NCBI RefSeq assembly: GCF_016432865.1
Contig: NC_067403.1
Location: forward strand, 261,578,001 to 261,642,000
Source of the DNA: Antechinus flavipes
Lineage: Eukaryota
Length of the DNA: 64,000 nucleotides
Reading direction: 5' to 3'
Part shown: piece by piece, positions 20,695 to 33,109 of the stretch
Layout of the letters: every line of letters begins with the position of its first letter
Numbering within the stretch: position 1 is the stretch's first letter
Program-made: the position numbers and the translations under genes
The notes under the pieces: generated by a model
The model's input: only the letters and a program-made list of their open reading frames with translations
Database searches by the model: none
Told to the model about the DNA's origin: nothing

Positions 20695-23584
20695 CTCCTG
20701 CCTCGGGCCTGTGACCCCCGCCCCCCTTTCTCCCAAAGAGCCGACTGGCCTCGTGCTGGGGCCTCCACGCTGGCCACAGGCCGCCTCACCTCGCCCTCGC
20801 GCACCCTGACCTGTCCCTCTTGTCCGGCTCCGGATCGGCCGCCCCTGGCCGGGCCCCCTCCCCTCCAGCTTCAGGCTCCTTTTGAGGCTCGTGGTGCATC
20901 AGGGTCACAGGGTTTGCGTGTGACGGGACCTGGGCCAGGAGCTCCCCGTGTTCCCGGGAGAAGTGGGGGTCCAGCCCCTCCCCCAGGGCAGCCTTCCCAA
21001 CAAGTCGGCCTCTCCGCCCTCCCCTCCGGGGCTCCTGCAGTCCCTGGGTCCGACCTCCCAGGGTGGCCCCTTCCCTTCCGCCTCCAGCCCCTTTTAGCCT
21101 CCCCTCTCTTTCCGCTCTCTGACCTCCGCACTTTTCTGCGCCTACAGACAGGCTTGTGCTCGCCCACCCTCGGGCCCCGTCCCCTCCTCCCCGTCCCCTC
21201 CTCCCCCTTTTGTCCAAACACCTTGCCAAGGCTGCCTGGGGAGCTTTCCCAGCCTCCCCGTAGCTGTGCACGGCCGTGTGCTGGACTGGGAGCCACTGAA
21301 CTTGGAACTGGGTCCTCCTCTGTCCCCGGGGTCCGTCGGGGGGGGGGGCTCGTGGGCCCCTCTGGGGTCACCCCCGAAGAGGAATGGAGTCAGCCCCCCC
21401 CCCCATGGGGGATTTCCAGGGTTGTTGGGACAGAATCCCCGGGTTCCTATTGCAGGAAGGGAGGGAGGGGCTTTGTTCTCTCTGCCAAAGACAATGTTCT
21501 TTGACCTAGAAGTCAGCCTGGTTGGGGTCTGGTCCCGAGACAGTCGGGGAGAGAACCGGGAGCCCCTCCCTGAGAAGCCCTGTACAGTCCGGCGGCGGGG
21601 GCTTAAGGTGTGCTAAGAGCTTCCAGAGCCCCGCCCACCCTCCCCAAGAGTAGGAGTGAGCAGGAGGTGGTTTGGGTGTCTGAGTCATCGGCCTTCCTGG
21701 CTGCTGAGGAGGCTCCCTGCCAGCCCCAGACCTCAGGCCCTGGGAGAGGGGGCCGCAACCTCAGAGTCAGGACTCGCGGTCTGTAGGCGACTCCCCGGCT
21801 CCTCCCGGAAGAGAAACCCCCCCCCCCCATTTTTAGTGACGAAATTCAAAACGCATAATGACAGCCGGGCCCGCGGGCTTTTTTGGATGCGGATTATTGA
21901 GGAGGAAAATTGGAATTCTTTCTGAGAGGAAAACTCTCCACAACTGGGATCCAACGAGCCGAACAAGGGCCGAAGCAGAACCGTAGGGACGGGACGGGAG
22001 CGATCCGGGAGCGCGGTGCTGATCGCCAGGAGATTGGGGAAAAGCAGCAGGAATCATTCAGCTCCAAGTTAAAGCCCAGGTGGATGGAATCGAGAGCCAA
22101 AATTAGGGAAGGTGCGAGGCCATCAGGGAGCAACCAAGGACCAGGCTACACGGCCATCAGGGAGCAACTTTGTTGCTAAGGACCAGGCTACATGTGGCCG
22201 CAACTTTGTTGCTAAGGACGAGGCTGGCGCTCCGAGGCTAGAAGGGCTGGCTGACACACTTCCTTCTCGGCTCCTTTTCTCCCCCGGAAACCCCTCGCGT
22301 CCCCATTTCCTTTCTAAACTCTCCCCAAAGAACAGCCCCTCCTCCCTTCCTCCTTAGGCTCCCTTGGGGGTGATGCAGCCCTTAGCAATGTCACCCGGCA
22401 GGGTTTAGGGGAACCCGATACTGTTCAAGAAATCCCTGGGCTACCCAGCCTTGGGGTAAGGGAGTCACCTCAGCATTGTGGCTACTGAGGGGCCCCGCCT
22501 GGGGACGCTGGGACCCCCTTAGCCCGTCCTTGGGGCGGCGCCCAGAACTCGGGGGGGGAGGGGGGGAAGGGGTCTCGCACCCGGGCCCAGACACGGAGCC
22601 AGTTCTGGGAAAGGAGAGGAGGGTGGTCAGCCCATCACCAAGCTCCCCACCCAATCGGGGTCTGTTCTTTTGTTCTGCCCCCTCCCCCCAAGCTGACTTG
22701 CTTGCTCTTGCTCTCTCCTCCCAGGGATTTAGCTCTTTAATTGCCCTTCGTTCCCATTAGGAATTACAATAAAACTTCACCTCTGCCCTTAGAAATTGTC
22801 TAAGCCTCCAAATTCCCCAGACAGCGGTCCAGAACCGGTTTGGGGGCTCCCCTGCCCCCAACACTCTGGCTGCCAGAGAAAGACCCGGCGGGCCTCCCTT
22901 TTCGAGCCCCTCCATCTGGCTCCAGACGCCTTTCAGACCTGCCCGTCGGGCCATCCCGGCGGCCCCCCCTCCCCCCAGGCCGCTCCGGTGCCCGCGCTGC
23001 CAGCCTCCCGCCCTCCTTAAGGCCCCAGCTCAGGCCCTGCCAGCCCCGCTTGGGCCTCCCCCCCCAGTCTCGTAGTTACTTGTTTTTAGGGCTCCCTCCC
23101 ATCCCTGCCCCGCTCCCAGGCCCAGAGAATCAGGGACCCTCTGTCCTTAAGAAGGCACTGGCGGTGCTCACTAAGCGCTGGTTTATTGATAGCAGGAGAC
23201 AGCAAGAGGCAGAACACGCAGCGAACAAAAGCACAGACGGCCCTGGGACACGGCCCGAGGTCGGCCCTCAGGGGCCTCCTGATGGAGCCGCCCCCGTCTG
23301 AGCCCCGGCTTCCATTCAAGGTGAAAGGGCCCGTTTGGGGCGACTGAGATAACAGCCGGGAGCCGGGGGGAGGGGCCCCTTTCTGAAAAGGAAGGTCAAG
23401 GTCACCTGAGACAGGAGATAGGGAAGGGGGCGCGGGCCCCAGCGGAGAAGCGTCCCCTTGTGTTCCAGTCACCCCGACTTTCAGAACAGCCTCCAAGGCA
23501 AGCTCAGGCTTCGGGCCCAACCAGCCCCTCTTTGGGGGGGGGGGGTGAGTAAACTGCGGGGGCGGGGGAGGGGGGCACCCGTAC

Positions 23585-23590
23585 TTTATT
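23585..23590 (-). terminator. Candidate polyadenylation signal of copy B (a second candidate lies at 23182-23187)
   Basis: AATAAA on -, about 440 nt downstream of the stop codon at 24030. Confidence 0.5.
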
Positions 23591-24029
23591 ATTCCTCGGC
23601 CTCCGCTCTCTGCCTCTTAGCCTGAGGCTATGGGACTTTTGGCTTCCGTGCCCGAGGCTCTCAGGAGGACTTTGTAAGTCATTGTGTGTGTTGGGGCGGG
23701 GCACGTGTGGGGGGGTGGGGGTGGGGCAGAGCAGGTCGGGGTTCCAGGCGGCTGCAGGGAGTCCCGGCCCCTTTTGTGGGGAGGGGGGGAGAGAGACCTT
23801 TCCTGTGCTCTGGGGGATGATCACTGGAGGAAAGGCAGAGCGGGGAGGAGGGAGCCGGAGGGAGGAAGGCCTTTGGGCCCCTTGGAGCCCAGGGACCAGC
23901 CTCCCCTCCATATTCTAGGACCCGCCTCCAGAGGGAGCCGGGCGTGGGGGAGGGGGGCAGAAAGCGCCCCCCCCCCCAATGGCTCAGGCCGTCGCCCCCA
24001 CAGCCGCACTCACCCCTGCGGCGGCCCCC

Positions 24030-27000
24030 TCACTCTGGGCCGGAGCCGGGCCCGGGGAAGCAGGCTCTGCAGCGGAACGCGCTCCTCCAGCCGTCGCCTC
24101 TGTACCACCGCTGCACGCAGGTGCGATGGGCCCAGGACTGGCAGGCGCCGCACTGCAGCTGGGAAACCGGGCAGGCTCTGGGGGGGCCGGCGCGGATCGC
24201 CCCCCTCCCCACAAAGCAGAGGGGCTCCCTGAGCTGCCCCCCCAGGGGCAGTGGGGTCCTTCAGGGACAGATTCCACCGGACCCCAGGGCTTCCTCCTGA
24301 GGTGGCCACGTCCCTCCCTGACGTGACCCGGGAGGTTGTGGCCCCCGGTCCGTCCCCCAGGAAAGCCGGGTCAGACGCAGCGGGGAGACCCCCGCATTCA
24401 GGCAGGGAGCACGCTGGGAGGGGGGGTCCCCGGAAGCAGGGGCGCGGGCTGACTCACCATGGTGAAAACTTCGCTGTTGCCTCTGTCGGCGAGCTGGTCG
24501 CAGTAGGGACACGTGTCCTCCACGCCGAGGGCGGCCACCACGACCGGCTCCGCGTCCTCGTCCGGGGACGGCTCCGAGGCCGAGGGGAAGGGAGCGGGGG
24601 GCACGGCGTCGTCACCCTCCAAGTCTCCCTCCGACCTCTCCTCCGAGCCCAGGTCGTCTTCCTCCGACTCGTTCTCCGCCTGGGGGGCGAGACCAGAACC
24701 TCAGCCCTGCCCCCAGCCCGGGCTTCCTGCCCTTCCTTTCCTGCTCCCAAGCCCTTCTGGGGTCTCTGCTCCGCCCGCGGACGGTGGAGGACCCGGCCCC
24801 GACGCCCCCGGTCCGGCCTGCGCCTTCCCCCTCCCTCCCGGGCCTTCTCCCCCTCCCCCAGGCCTTCCCCCTCCCTCCCGGGCCTTCCCCCTCCCTCCCG
24901 GGCTCTCCATCATCTCTGGGGCCAGGCGGAGGCGGAGCGTTTCTCATCTCCCTGTGACGCTGAGGCAGGAGGCAAGTGCCCGACCCTGGGGCTCTGGGCT
25001 CCCCCCCTCCCCACGCCAAGCCCAAGGCTCCGCCCCGAGCCACTGACTGACACCCCTCCAGCCTCCCAGACCGTCCCAGGGTCAGAGGTCACGGCTTCTG
25101 GACGAACCATTGGGTGTCACCGAGCGAACTCGGACAAACCGACCTGCGGCTCAGCCCGGGAGCCGGCCAGGGGAGGCCCAGGTGCCCCAGGAGTCCCTGA
25201 GGAGGCCGTCTCCCTTCTCTCCTGGGAACCTCCCCCGGCGCCGCGCCCAGGAAGCCCCTGGAGCTCATTAGGGCAGAGCCCCCCGGGCAGGGCTGAGCCC
25301 CCGCCTCTCCCCCCAAGCCCCAGCCGCCTGTGAGCCCCGGCGCGGAGGCCTCCCCCAAGGCAGAGGCCCCAGGAGCGGGGGCAGGAGGAGCCTCACCTGC
25401 ATCTGCAGGAAGAGAACGTTTGGCAGCTCCAGGTCCCAGTTGGCCGTGTTCCCTCTCACCACCAACGTGAGCAGCCTGAAAACCAAAGCAGTTTGTTGGG
25501 GTTCCACGGGGGGGGGCGTCCCCGGCGGCGGCCCTCCCTCACCTCTGCACGAAGGCGTTGGTCATCTCCAGGAGCCCGTGCGTCCGGGGCCGGTAGTTGG
25601 CTACGAGGTCACACTGGAGGTCGGCCCGGATCCTCAGGATCTGATTCAGCTGCGAGAGACGGGGGATGGGAGGCCGGCGGGGAGGAGGCCGCGGGTGGGC
25701 ACAGTCCCCGTCCCTCAGCCTCAGGGCCTCCTCCTGAACCGGCTCCGGACTAACCGGCCACCGGTAAAGGGAGCCCGGGGCTGGCGTCTCCCCCTCTGCT
25801 CCCCAGCAAAGGGGATTCTGCCGCACAGCCTTCGGCCCTCCCCGGTCTGGGGCCCAGAAAGTTCTCGCCCGGTTCTCCCAAGCTGAGCCGGCCCCCCACT
25901 CTCCTGTCCGCCCCCCCCCCCCGCACTTCCGGGGCCGGCCCAACCAGCCAGGCCCCCGATTACCAACAGGCTCCCCGAGCCCCCAATTACCAACAGGCCC
26001 CCTGATTACCCACAGGCCCCTGATTACTGACAGGCCCCTGAGCCCCCGATTACCCACAGGCCCCTGATTACTGACAGGCCCCGAGCCCCCAATTACCGAC
26101 AGGCCCCTGATTACCCACAGGCCCCTGATTACCGACAGGCCCCTGATTACCCACAGGCCCCCCACATCTGGGCCCCCATTACCCACAGGCCCCTGATTAC
26201 CCACAGGCCCCTGAGCCCCCAATTACCAACAGGCCCCCCACATCTGGGCCCCAGAGGGCCGCACCCCGGGCCGGACGCCTCCGCACCTGCCGGACAAAGT
26301 CGCCGCTCTGGGTGCAGACGATCCTCTCCGGGAAGGCGAAGCGGTACACCAGCTTGAGCACCTGCTCGGCCGTCTCCTCGGGGGAGCACGTCTTCATGGG
26401 GGCCGCCTCCACCCAGCGGGTGTAGTGGTCCACCACCACGAAGATGAAGCAGGCTCCCCGGGGCGTCTGCTCCATGGGCCCCACCAGCTGCAGGCCCACC
26501 AGGTGGAACAGGCCCCTGGCCTGGGGGCGAAGGGCGCGGTCAGGGCAACCGCGGGCACCACGCAGCCAAGGAGCTGGGGGCGGCCCCTGATCTGCCCCCC
26601 GGGCGCTTCCCACCCCTGGTACCCAGAAGGCTGGTGCGGACAAGGGCGGTACCCAGAGAACCCGTGGCTCAGCATCCGGCCCTGCCGCTGGGCACAGCCT
26701 GCCCGCCACTCCTGGCAGTGCCCACCCGAAGGGCACCAGATCTCGCCCCTCTCTTCCACACTGACCCAACGAGCTCGGAGCCCTGCCTCCCCTCCTCCCA
26801 TCCCTCGGAGGCCATTGACCACTCCCAGAATCCCCTCCCAGGCCCAGTCCGGTAGACGTGTGATGGGCACCAATGCCCCCTCGCCGGAGAAAGGGGAAAG
26901 CGGCGTACCTGGGCTGTCAGGGCCTCTTTCTTGGGGGCCACCGCAGCTGGGGGCGGGAGTCTCAGGGGGGGCGAGACGGACGGCCGCTCCCTGAGCCGAG

Positions 27001-28777
27001 CCGCCGGGGCCACTCCCTTACACTTCTTAGCTCTGACCTAGGAACCAGCAGGAGGCGTCTGCAGGAGACTCCGAGAAAGACTGTCTCCCCCGCCCAGCCC
27101 CCTGCTCCCCTCAGAGCCCCCCCCAGCTCTGCCCGCAGGCCTCCCCGGCCCTTACCCTGGCACTCTGGGCCTCCTGCTTTGCTAACTTGTCTCTCTGGCA
27201 CTTCTTACACTCCTTCACCTGGGGATGGGAGAGCCCGAGCTGAAGCGGGGGTGGGGGGCTGGCCTCCGGTTCGTGACCTCCCCTCCCCTCCCCCCCAGCC
27301 GTCACTCGAATCCTGGGCCCTTCCTATGGGCGCCTTCCCGCCAGCACCCCGGGGGCGGGGGGGAAGGAGGAGGGGGATGCTCCAGCAGCTCCCAAGGTGG
27401 AAGGAGGCCCTGCGGGAACCTGGGCTTCCCGGAGGTGGAGCTGCCCAGCTGGGCGCTGCCAGGGAGGGGCCGAGGACAAGAGGTGACCTTCCAGCCACAG
27501 AGCGGGGCACGGAGCCCAGAAAGGGAGGCTGGGAGCGGGCCGGCCCCGTGCAAGGGCTCGGATTGTCCGGCGGCTCCTGGGAGCCTCCGTCCGTCCCTCC
27601 CTGCCGGGGACCCCCTCCCCTGGGGCCCCGAAGCTCAGCCTCTCTGGTTTCCCGGCAGGAAACGGGGATCACGCCGGCCGGGCCCTCACCCACTGCCGCG
27701 CGTGCAGCGTGATCCGGGGCCAGTAGTAGGACTTGGTGATGTTGATGCCGGTGGCCCGGATGCCGTGGTGCCGCTCGGCCGAGACCACGTGGGCCTCCTC
27801 GAAGGCTTCCCGCTTCTTCTCCGGGGTGAAGAGCACTCTCTGGAACTTGCCTTTGCCCTGGTAGTACAGCACGCCGCCTGGGGGCAAGCAGGCCCGCTGG
27901 GCGCCCAGGACCGGCTCAGGGCCCCCCCAGACTGCTCTCTCTGCCCCCCCCATCGGGGCTCGGCCGCCCCCTCTGGGCCGGAGGCCGGTGCCCCCCATCC
28001 GGAAGCTGCTGATCGAGGCCCGTCTCTCACTGCCCCAAACGGGGGCCTCCTTGCCTGCCGCCCCGCGGGCGTTTTCAGTCCTTTCCCATCTCTGTGGCAA
28101 AGACATTGCCGCAATTTCCTTTTCCACCCATTTTACAGATGAGGAAACTGAGCGGCTAGGAAGGGTCTGAGACTGGATTTGAACCAGGAACAGGAGCCTG
28201 ACTCCAGACCGGGCACTCCTGGCCCCCGAACAATAAGAAGGCCCCGAACCTTTGGGGTTCTACGTCCCCAGGCCTCCTGCCTAGAGGATGGCTTCCCCAC
28301 AGGTGGGCAGAGCAGCCTTCCTCCTCCAGGCCCGGCTCTCCCATCCTTCCTTCCCTTTAAGGGAAGCTTGGGAAGCCACAAGCCGCCCCCCCCCCCCACG
28401 GCCTTCCCTCCCCCCGGACACCCAGGCCCTCCTCCTGCCCGGTTAGGGAAGAGCGAGACCCAGGGCGTCCGAGGCCTGGGGACAGGGATGGGATCCGGAG
28501 CCCTGAGGTCCCCTGGGACGGGCTGGGAGCCAGCTCAGGACCCTGTCACAGGGAGGTCCACAAGCCCCCGGCAGCTGCTCGTACAGTGGTCAAGATCACG
28601 GCCGAGGGGCCCTGGCCGGAGTCACACACGCGGTCCGCGGCTTCGCGGAGAGCCGGACACCCTGGGCTGTATCCCGGGGCCGGAGAAACACTGACCTTCC
28701 AGGACAAAATTGGAGTTCCGACTCAGCTTCCTTTTGACGGAAGGGGTCGGGGAAGAGGTCATCCTCAAAAGCTCCAT
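24030..28777 (-). CDS. GIN/Ginger1-like integrase-PHD gene, copy B (about 410 aa, 9 coding exons)
   Basis: Exons: 28777-28696 (MELLRMTSS...NSNFVLE/G); 27877-27690 (GVLYYQG...EAHVVSAERHHG...YYWP...RQW); 27218-27156 (VKECKKC); 27037-26909 (linker); 26520-26287 (core 1); 25649-25543 (LNQIL...THGLLEMTNAFVQ); 25475-25397 (ANWDLELPNVLFLQMQ); 24679-24458 (acidic linker, EDTCPYC...FTM); 24158-24030 (LQCGACQSWAHRTC...FRCRAC...*). All junctions are GT/AG and in phase, with no disruptions. Confidence 0.9.
25955..26240. repeat. Minisatellite of about 18-26-bp units, intronic in copy B
   Basis: Repeated gcccctgattacccacag and gccccgagcccccaattaccgacag. Confidence 0.92.
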
Positions 28778-29199
28778 AGTCCCGACCTGTCCAAGAAAAC
28801 AGCAGCCGTTGTGGCCGGAGCCAAGGCCGGGAACCCGCTAAAGCTGCAGAACTGCCGCCCGGACAGAAGCCCCCCCCCTTTCCCAGAGCAGAGGTTTGCC
28901 AGCTGGGCAGGGTCCGGGCGTGCCCTGGATGGAGGAAGTCAGAGGGTAAGTCGGAACCCCCTCCCCCTCCGCCCCCAACCCCCTCCAGGAGGGAATCCTT
29001 CCCCTTCCCTTGGGACAATTCCAGACCAGGGGAAGTTTACTGCAAAAGTAAATCCTCCACCGGCCGGGAAAGGCCCAGGCCCGAACTAAAACCCAATCAG
29101 CCTGGGGATCCAATGCGGCCTAGAGCCTCGAGAACCTTTAAAGGCTCTGAGGAGGCCGGGAGGAGGCCGGGAGCAGAGGGAAGGAGGAGGAGGCTTCCC

Positions 29200-30390
29200 A
29201 GGCAGAGCGGGACACTTACAGATTACCAGGCAGCGAATAGCAGCCCCCTCCCCCTGTCCCCCCCCTCCTCCCTCCCTCCCTCCCTCCCGAGTTGAGCGCC
29301 GCGGGGCAGAGGCTGGGCCCCAAGCCGGGGCCTGCTCGGAAGCTGGCGGCCTCCTGGCTACTGGACCAGCCTCAGTCTGCCCGGGCCTCAGTCTGAGGCC
29401 TCTAAAGGCTTTTCCGGCCGCAGCCGCTCTCCCCCAGCCCGCGGAGAGCCTCACTTTAACGCGGAACCGGGGCAGGTACTTTCCCCTCCCAGCTAATCAG
29501 CGCCGAGCAAGGACTAAAAGCCTGGGGTTTGAGCTGCTCGGGAGCACAGGCGGCCAATCAGCGGCCACCAGGCCGGCGCTGCCCTCCGGGCGCTTCCAGT
29601 CACGGGAGCTGACAGTATGCGAGCTCGATCCTGGAGGCGGAGCCTGGGCCAGTCACTGCGCCGAACCCACCTCAGTTTCCTCATCTGTAAAATGAACCGG
29701 AGAAAGTGGGGAGCCCAGAAAACTCCCCCCCTCTCCCCGCTTGCCCGTGGCCCCGTTGGGCTGAGGGGGCTCCCGAGCTTTGCTTAGCAGTGTCCTAGAA
29801 GGCGCTTCCTAAGTGACTAAGGCCTGCTAAGTCGGTGACTCTGGGGCAGACAGCGGAGGCCGGAGCTCCCGCGGACGGGCAAGAGTCCGGCCCAGCCATC
29901 CTGGCACACGCGCGTGCACCCCCGCAAACATGGCCGGGCTGGGCGTTCTCCCAGGTGGCCGTGCGGGGGCCACGGGCTGTGGGGCGGGACCGTAACTAGC
30001 ACCAGCCCGCTGGGTCACCCGGGTCAATTGCGCCGGAAGCACGCCCATTACCGGCTTCTCTCCCCCCCTCCCTCTCTCTCTCCCCCTCCCCTCTCATCCC
30101 CTTCCCCTCCCAGCCTCCACCCGCAGCAGGCCCCGCCCCCTAGCCGGTCCTCGTAGATCAGACGCCGGGTCAGAAGGTTGCCATCGGGAATAAGCCAATT
30201 GCAGCCCACGAGGGAGCGGCGGGAGGGGTGAGTCCGGCCCCGGGATGCTGGAGGGGCTCTGGGTGGGCCGGATTCGCCAAAGGGAGAGGGGTGTGAGGGC
30301 GGAGACTGAGGGAGAGGAGGCCCCGCCCCAGAGAGCCCGGAGAGGAGACCTTGCTCCGGTCCTCTCCCTCCCACTTCTAGGCCGGGAATC
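29200..30390. promoter_or_regulatory. Putative bidirectional CpG-island promoter with non-coding first exons of copy B (-) and copy C (+)
   Basis: CpG-rich, with CCAAT boxes (~29556, ~30195) and GC boxes. There is a - strand donor GTAAGT at 29219-29214, a + strand donor GTGAGT at 30228, and a + strand acceptor cttctag at 30380. Confidence 0.6.
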
Positions 30391-31629
30391 ATGGCAGGCG
30401 CTGGGACTCTGAAGGCCGCCTCCAGCTCCTTCCATCTGTCCCAGATGGACCAGCTTCCTCGCAGTAGCCCAGAGGCAAGTGTGCTCGTTAGACCGGGCGT
30501 CCCGGGCCCAGACGGGCCTAGATGGGTCCCCTTCCTCCAAGTCCCCGAGAGCTCCGGGCCCACACGGGCCCAGACGGGCCGCTTCCTCCAAGTACCTGAG
30601 CGCTCCCAGACGGGCCGCCGCCTCCAAGTACCCGAGAGCTCTGGGCCCCGGGGGGACCAGCCGGGCCGCCGCCTCCAAGTACCCGAGAGCTCTGGGCCCC
30701 GGGGGGACCAGCCGGGCCGCTTCCTCCAAGTACCCGAGAGCTCCGAGCCCACACGGGCCCAGACGGGCCGCTTCCTCCAAGTACCCGAGAGCTCCGGGCC
30801 CACAAGTGCCCAGACGGGCCGCCTCCTCCAAGTAACTGAGCGCTCCGGGCCCTGGGGGAACCAGACGGGCCGCTTCCTCCAAGTACCTGAGCGCTCCCAG
30901 ACGGGCCGCCGCCTCCAAGTACCCGAGCGCTCAGGGCCCCGGGGGAACCAGACAGGCCGCTTCCTCCAAGTACCCGAGAGCTCCGGGCCCCGGGGGGACC
31001 AGACGGGCCGTCTCCTCCAAGTACCTGAGCGCTCCGGGCCCAGGGGGGACCAGCCGGGCCGTCTCCTCCAAGTACCTGAGCGCTCCGGGCCCAGGGGGGA
31101 CCAGCCGGGCCGCCTCCTCCAAGTACCTGAGCGCTCTGGGCCCACACGGGACCAGCCGGGCCGCCTCCTCCAAGTACCCGAGAGCTCCGGGCCCCGGGGG
31201 GACCAGACGGGCCGTCGCCTCCAAGTACCTGAGCGCTCCCAGACGGGCCGCCGCCTCCAAGTACCCGAGAGCTCCGGGCCCCGGGGGGACCAGCCGGGCC
31301 GCCGCCTCCAAGTACCTGAGCGTTCCGGGCCCCGGGGGGACCAGCCGGGCCGCCTCCTCCAAGTACCTGAGCGCTCCGGGCCCAGGGGGGACCAGACGGG
31401 CCGCTTCCTCCAAGTACCTGAGCGCTCCGGGCCCAGGGGGGACCAGACGGGCCGCTTCCTCCAAGTACCCGAGAGCTCCGGGCCCCGGGGGGACCAGCCG
31501 GTCCGCCGCCTCCAAGTACCTGAGCGTTCCGGGCCCAGGGGGGACCAGCCGGGCCGCCGCCTCCAAGTACCCGAGAGCTCCGGGCCCCGGGGGGACCAGA
31601 CGGACCAGCTTCCTCGAAGCAGCCCAGAG
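30391..31629 (+). CDS. Candidate first coding exon of copy C: 413 codons made largely of a 17-aa repeat
   Basis: Acceptor at 30380 and a strong Kozak context (aatcATGG). The frame is open through the whole array and ends CCAGAG|GTAAGT in phase 0, in frame with the copy C acceptor at 38416/38417. Splicing across the 6.8-kb intron is inferred. Confidence 0.55.
30525..31602 (+). repeat. 51-bp tandem array (22 units; three are 36-bp variants)
   Basis: Unit gggccgcttcctccaagtacccgagagctccgggccccggggggaccagac encodes GRFLQVPESSGPRGDQT. All length variants are multiples of 3. Confidence 0.95.
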
Positions 31630-33109
31630 GTAAGTGTGCTACTTAGACCGGGCGCCCCGGCCCAGACGGCCCCAGACGGCCCCGGACGCCACGCTTCCGC
31701 CGAACAACTGAGCTCTCCGGGCCCAGACGGCCAGCTTCCTAGACGTTACCCCGAGGGCAGAGTGCCGGGCTGGGGCCCTGGGGGAGGGCAGTCCGCAGTG
31801 TGGGAGTGTTTTCCCCTCCCTCTCCCCTCCCCGCTTCCCGCTGCTTTTCTGGCGTCTCCCCACCCCCACCCCGGCGGTGCAGTCACAGGCAGGGGGCTCC
31901 AAGCCCGGCCCGCCCGGGGATTGAGCGCGCGAGACTGACTGGGCTCGCTCGGCCGCCTTAGCCTTGGCTTTCCCTGCCCCGCCCCCAGCTTTGGGACTCC
32001 TTTGCAGCCGCAGAACTGGGAGTGCGGGAACTTGGGAGGGAAGGAAATGGGAGCTGCGGGACTGGGCCTGCGGTCTTTGGGAGGAGTCCTGGGGTCTTTA
32101 GTGAGAAGGAGCTGCCCAGGGTAGGGGACTCCATGCGCGGCTAGGGTCCCCAGGGGCGCCTGGGTGAGCTTGAAATGCTCTTTCTCCCGGGCCCTGAGGT
32201 CGCCACCTTCCTTCAACCTCCTCTTCTCTCCTTTTTGGAGACCCTCTGGAGAGAGTGTCTGAGCTTGGATTTGAACTCGGGGCCAGGTCAATGCCCCGTC
32301 CGCATTTACCCGGTTTCCCCTTCCCCCTCCCCTCCATGCTGCCAAAAAGCCGGCCGTTCCCAGCTAAGCCTAGGCCCCGCCCCCTCCCCAGGAAAGCGGT
32401 TTATTTTTATTTTTTAAATACATATTGTTTTAGGAATCACGTGGGAGAGGAAAATCAGAAGGAAGGGAGGAAAACACCAAAAAGTGAACCTGGCCTGGGT
32501 CATTGGCGTTCACGGCTCTTTTTGGAGCAGATATTTCTCTCCCGAGGCTGGGGGGAGAGGGGCCGCGGAGCAGCTTCTGGGGCACTCTCTTCCCCAGTCC
32601 GGGCACTTGCGGAGGCTTCCTGCTCCGTTAAAAATCTCCCACAAAGTAGCTCTAAACCGAATTCCACTTTGCTACTCATCAGGAGCTCGGGGGCGAGAGC
32701 CGGATCAAACTATACTAGTGGGAACTTCCCCAGTCCGGGCACTTTACATTTTAAGTTGAACAAATTCAAACAACTGAAAAATTATTTAAAATGCTCAGCC
32801 CCAAGTTAGAATTTGGCAGGTATATAACCAGCTGATCTCAGAACTATTTGTTACAAGCAACTGAAAAATGACTCATTCTCTAGTTTAATTATTGAAACTG
32901 GAGCAGAGATAATCCTCCAGCGACCAATTAATCAACATGCATTTTAGGAAATGTGTTTTGTAGTCTTGTATTGATTGGGGAAGTAACAGTGCATTAAGTA
33001 TCAAAGGGCTTTGCTTCAGAATATTCCTAAATCTTTTCTATTTCCGTGGGATTAAGACCCTCTCTGAAATTTACTTGTCAAAACTTCACAGCCCTTTACT
33101 TTCTTTTTT

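Noticed and set aside
28128-28200. Short cattttacagatgaggaaactgag motifs here and at about 29670 and 43315 as shared regulatory elements
   Set aside because: They are ordinary MIR core fragments.
30048-31566. Minus-strand ORFs across the 51-bp array
   Set aside because: They lack flanking splice sites or a good start, and are expected from an in-frame GC repeat.
30525-31602. Many RGD tripeptides suggesting an integrin-binding protein
   Set aside because: There is no signal peptide and the predicted product is nuclear; RGD is a by-product of the repeat unit.
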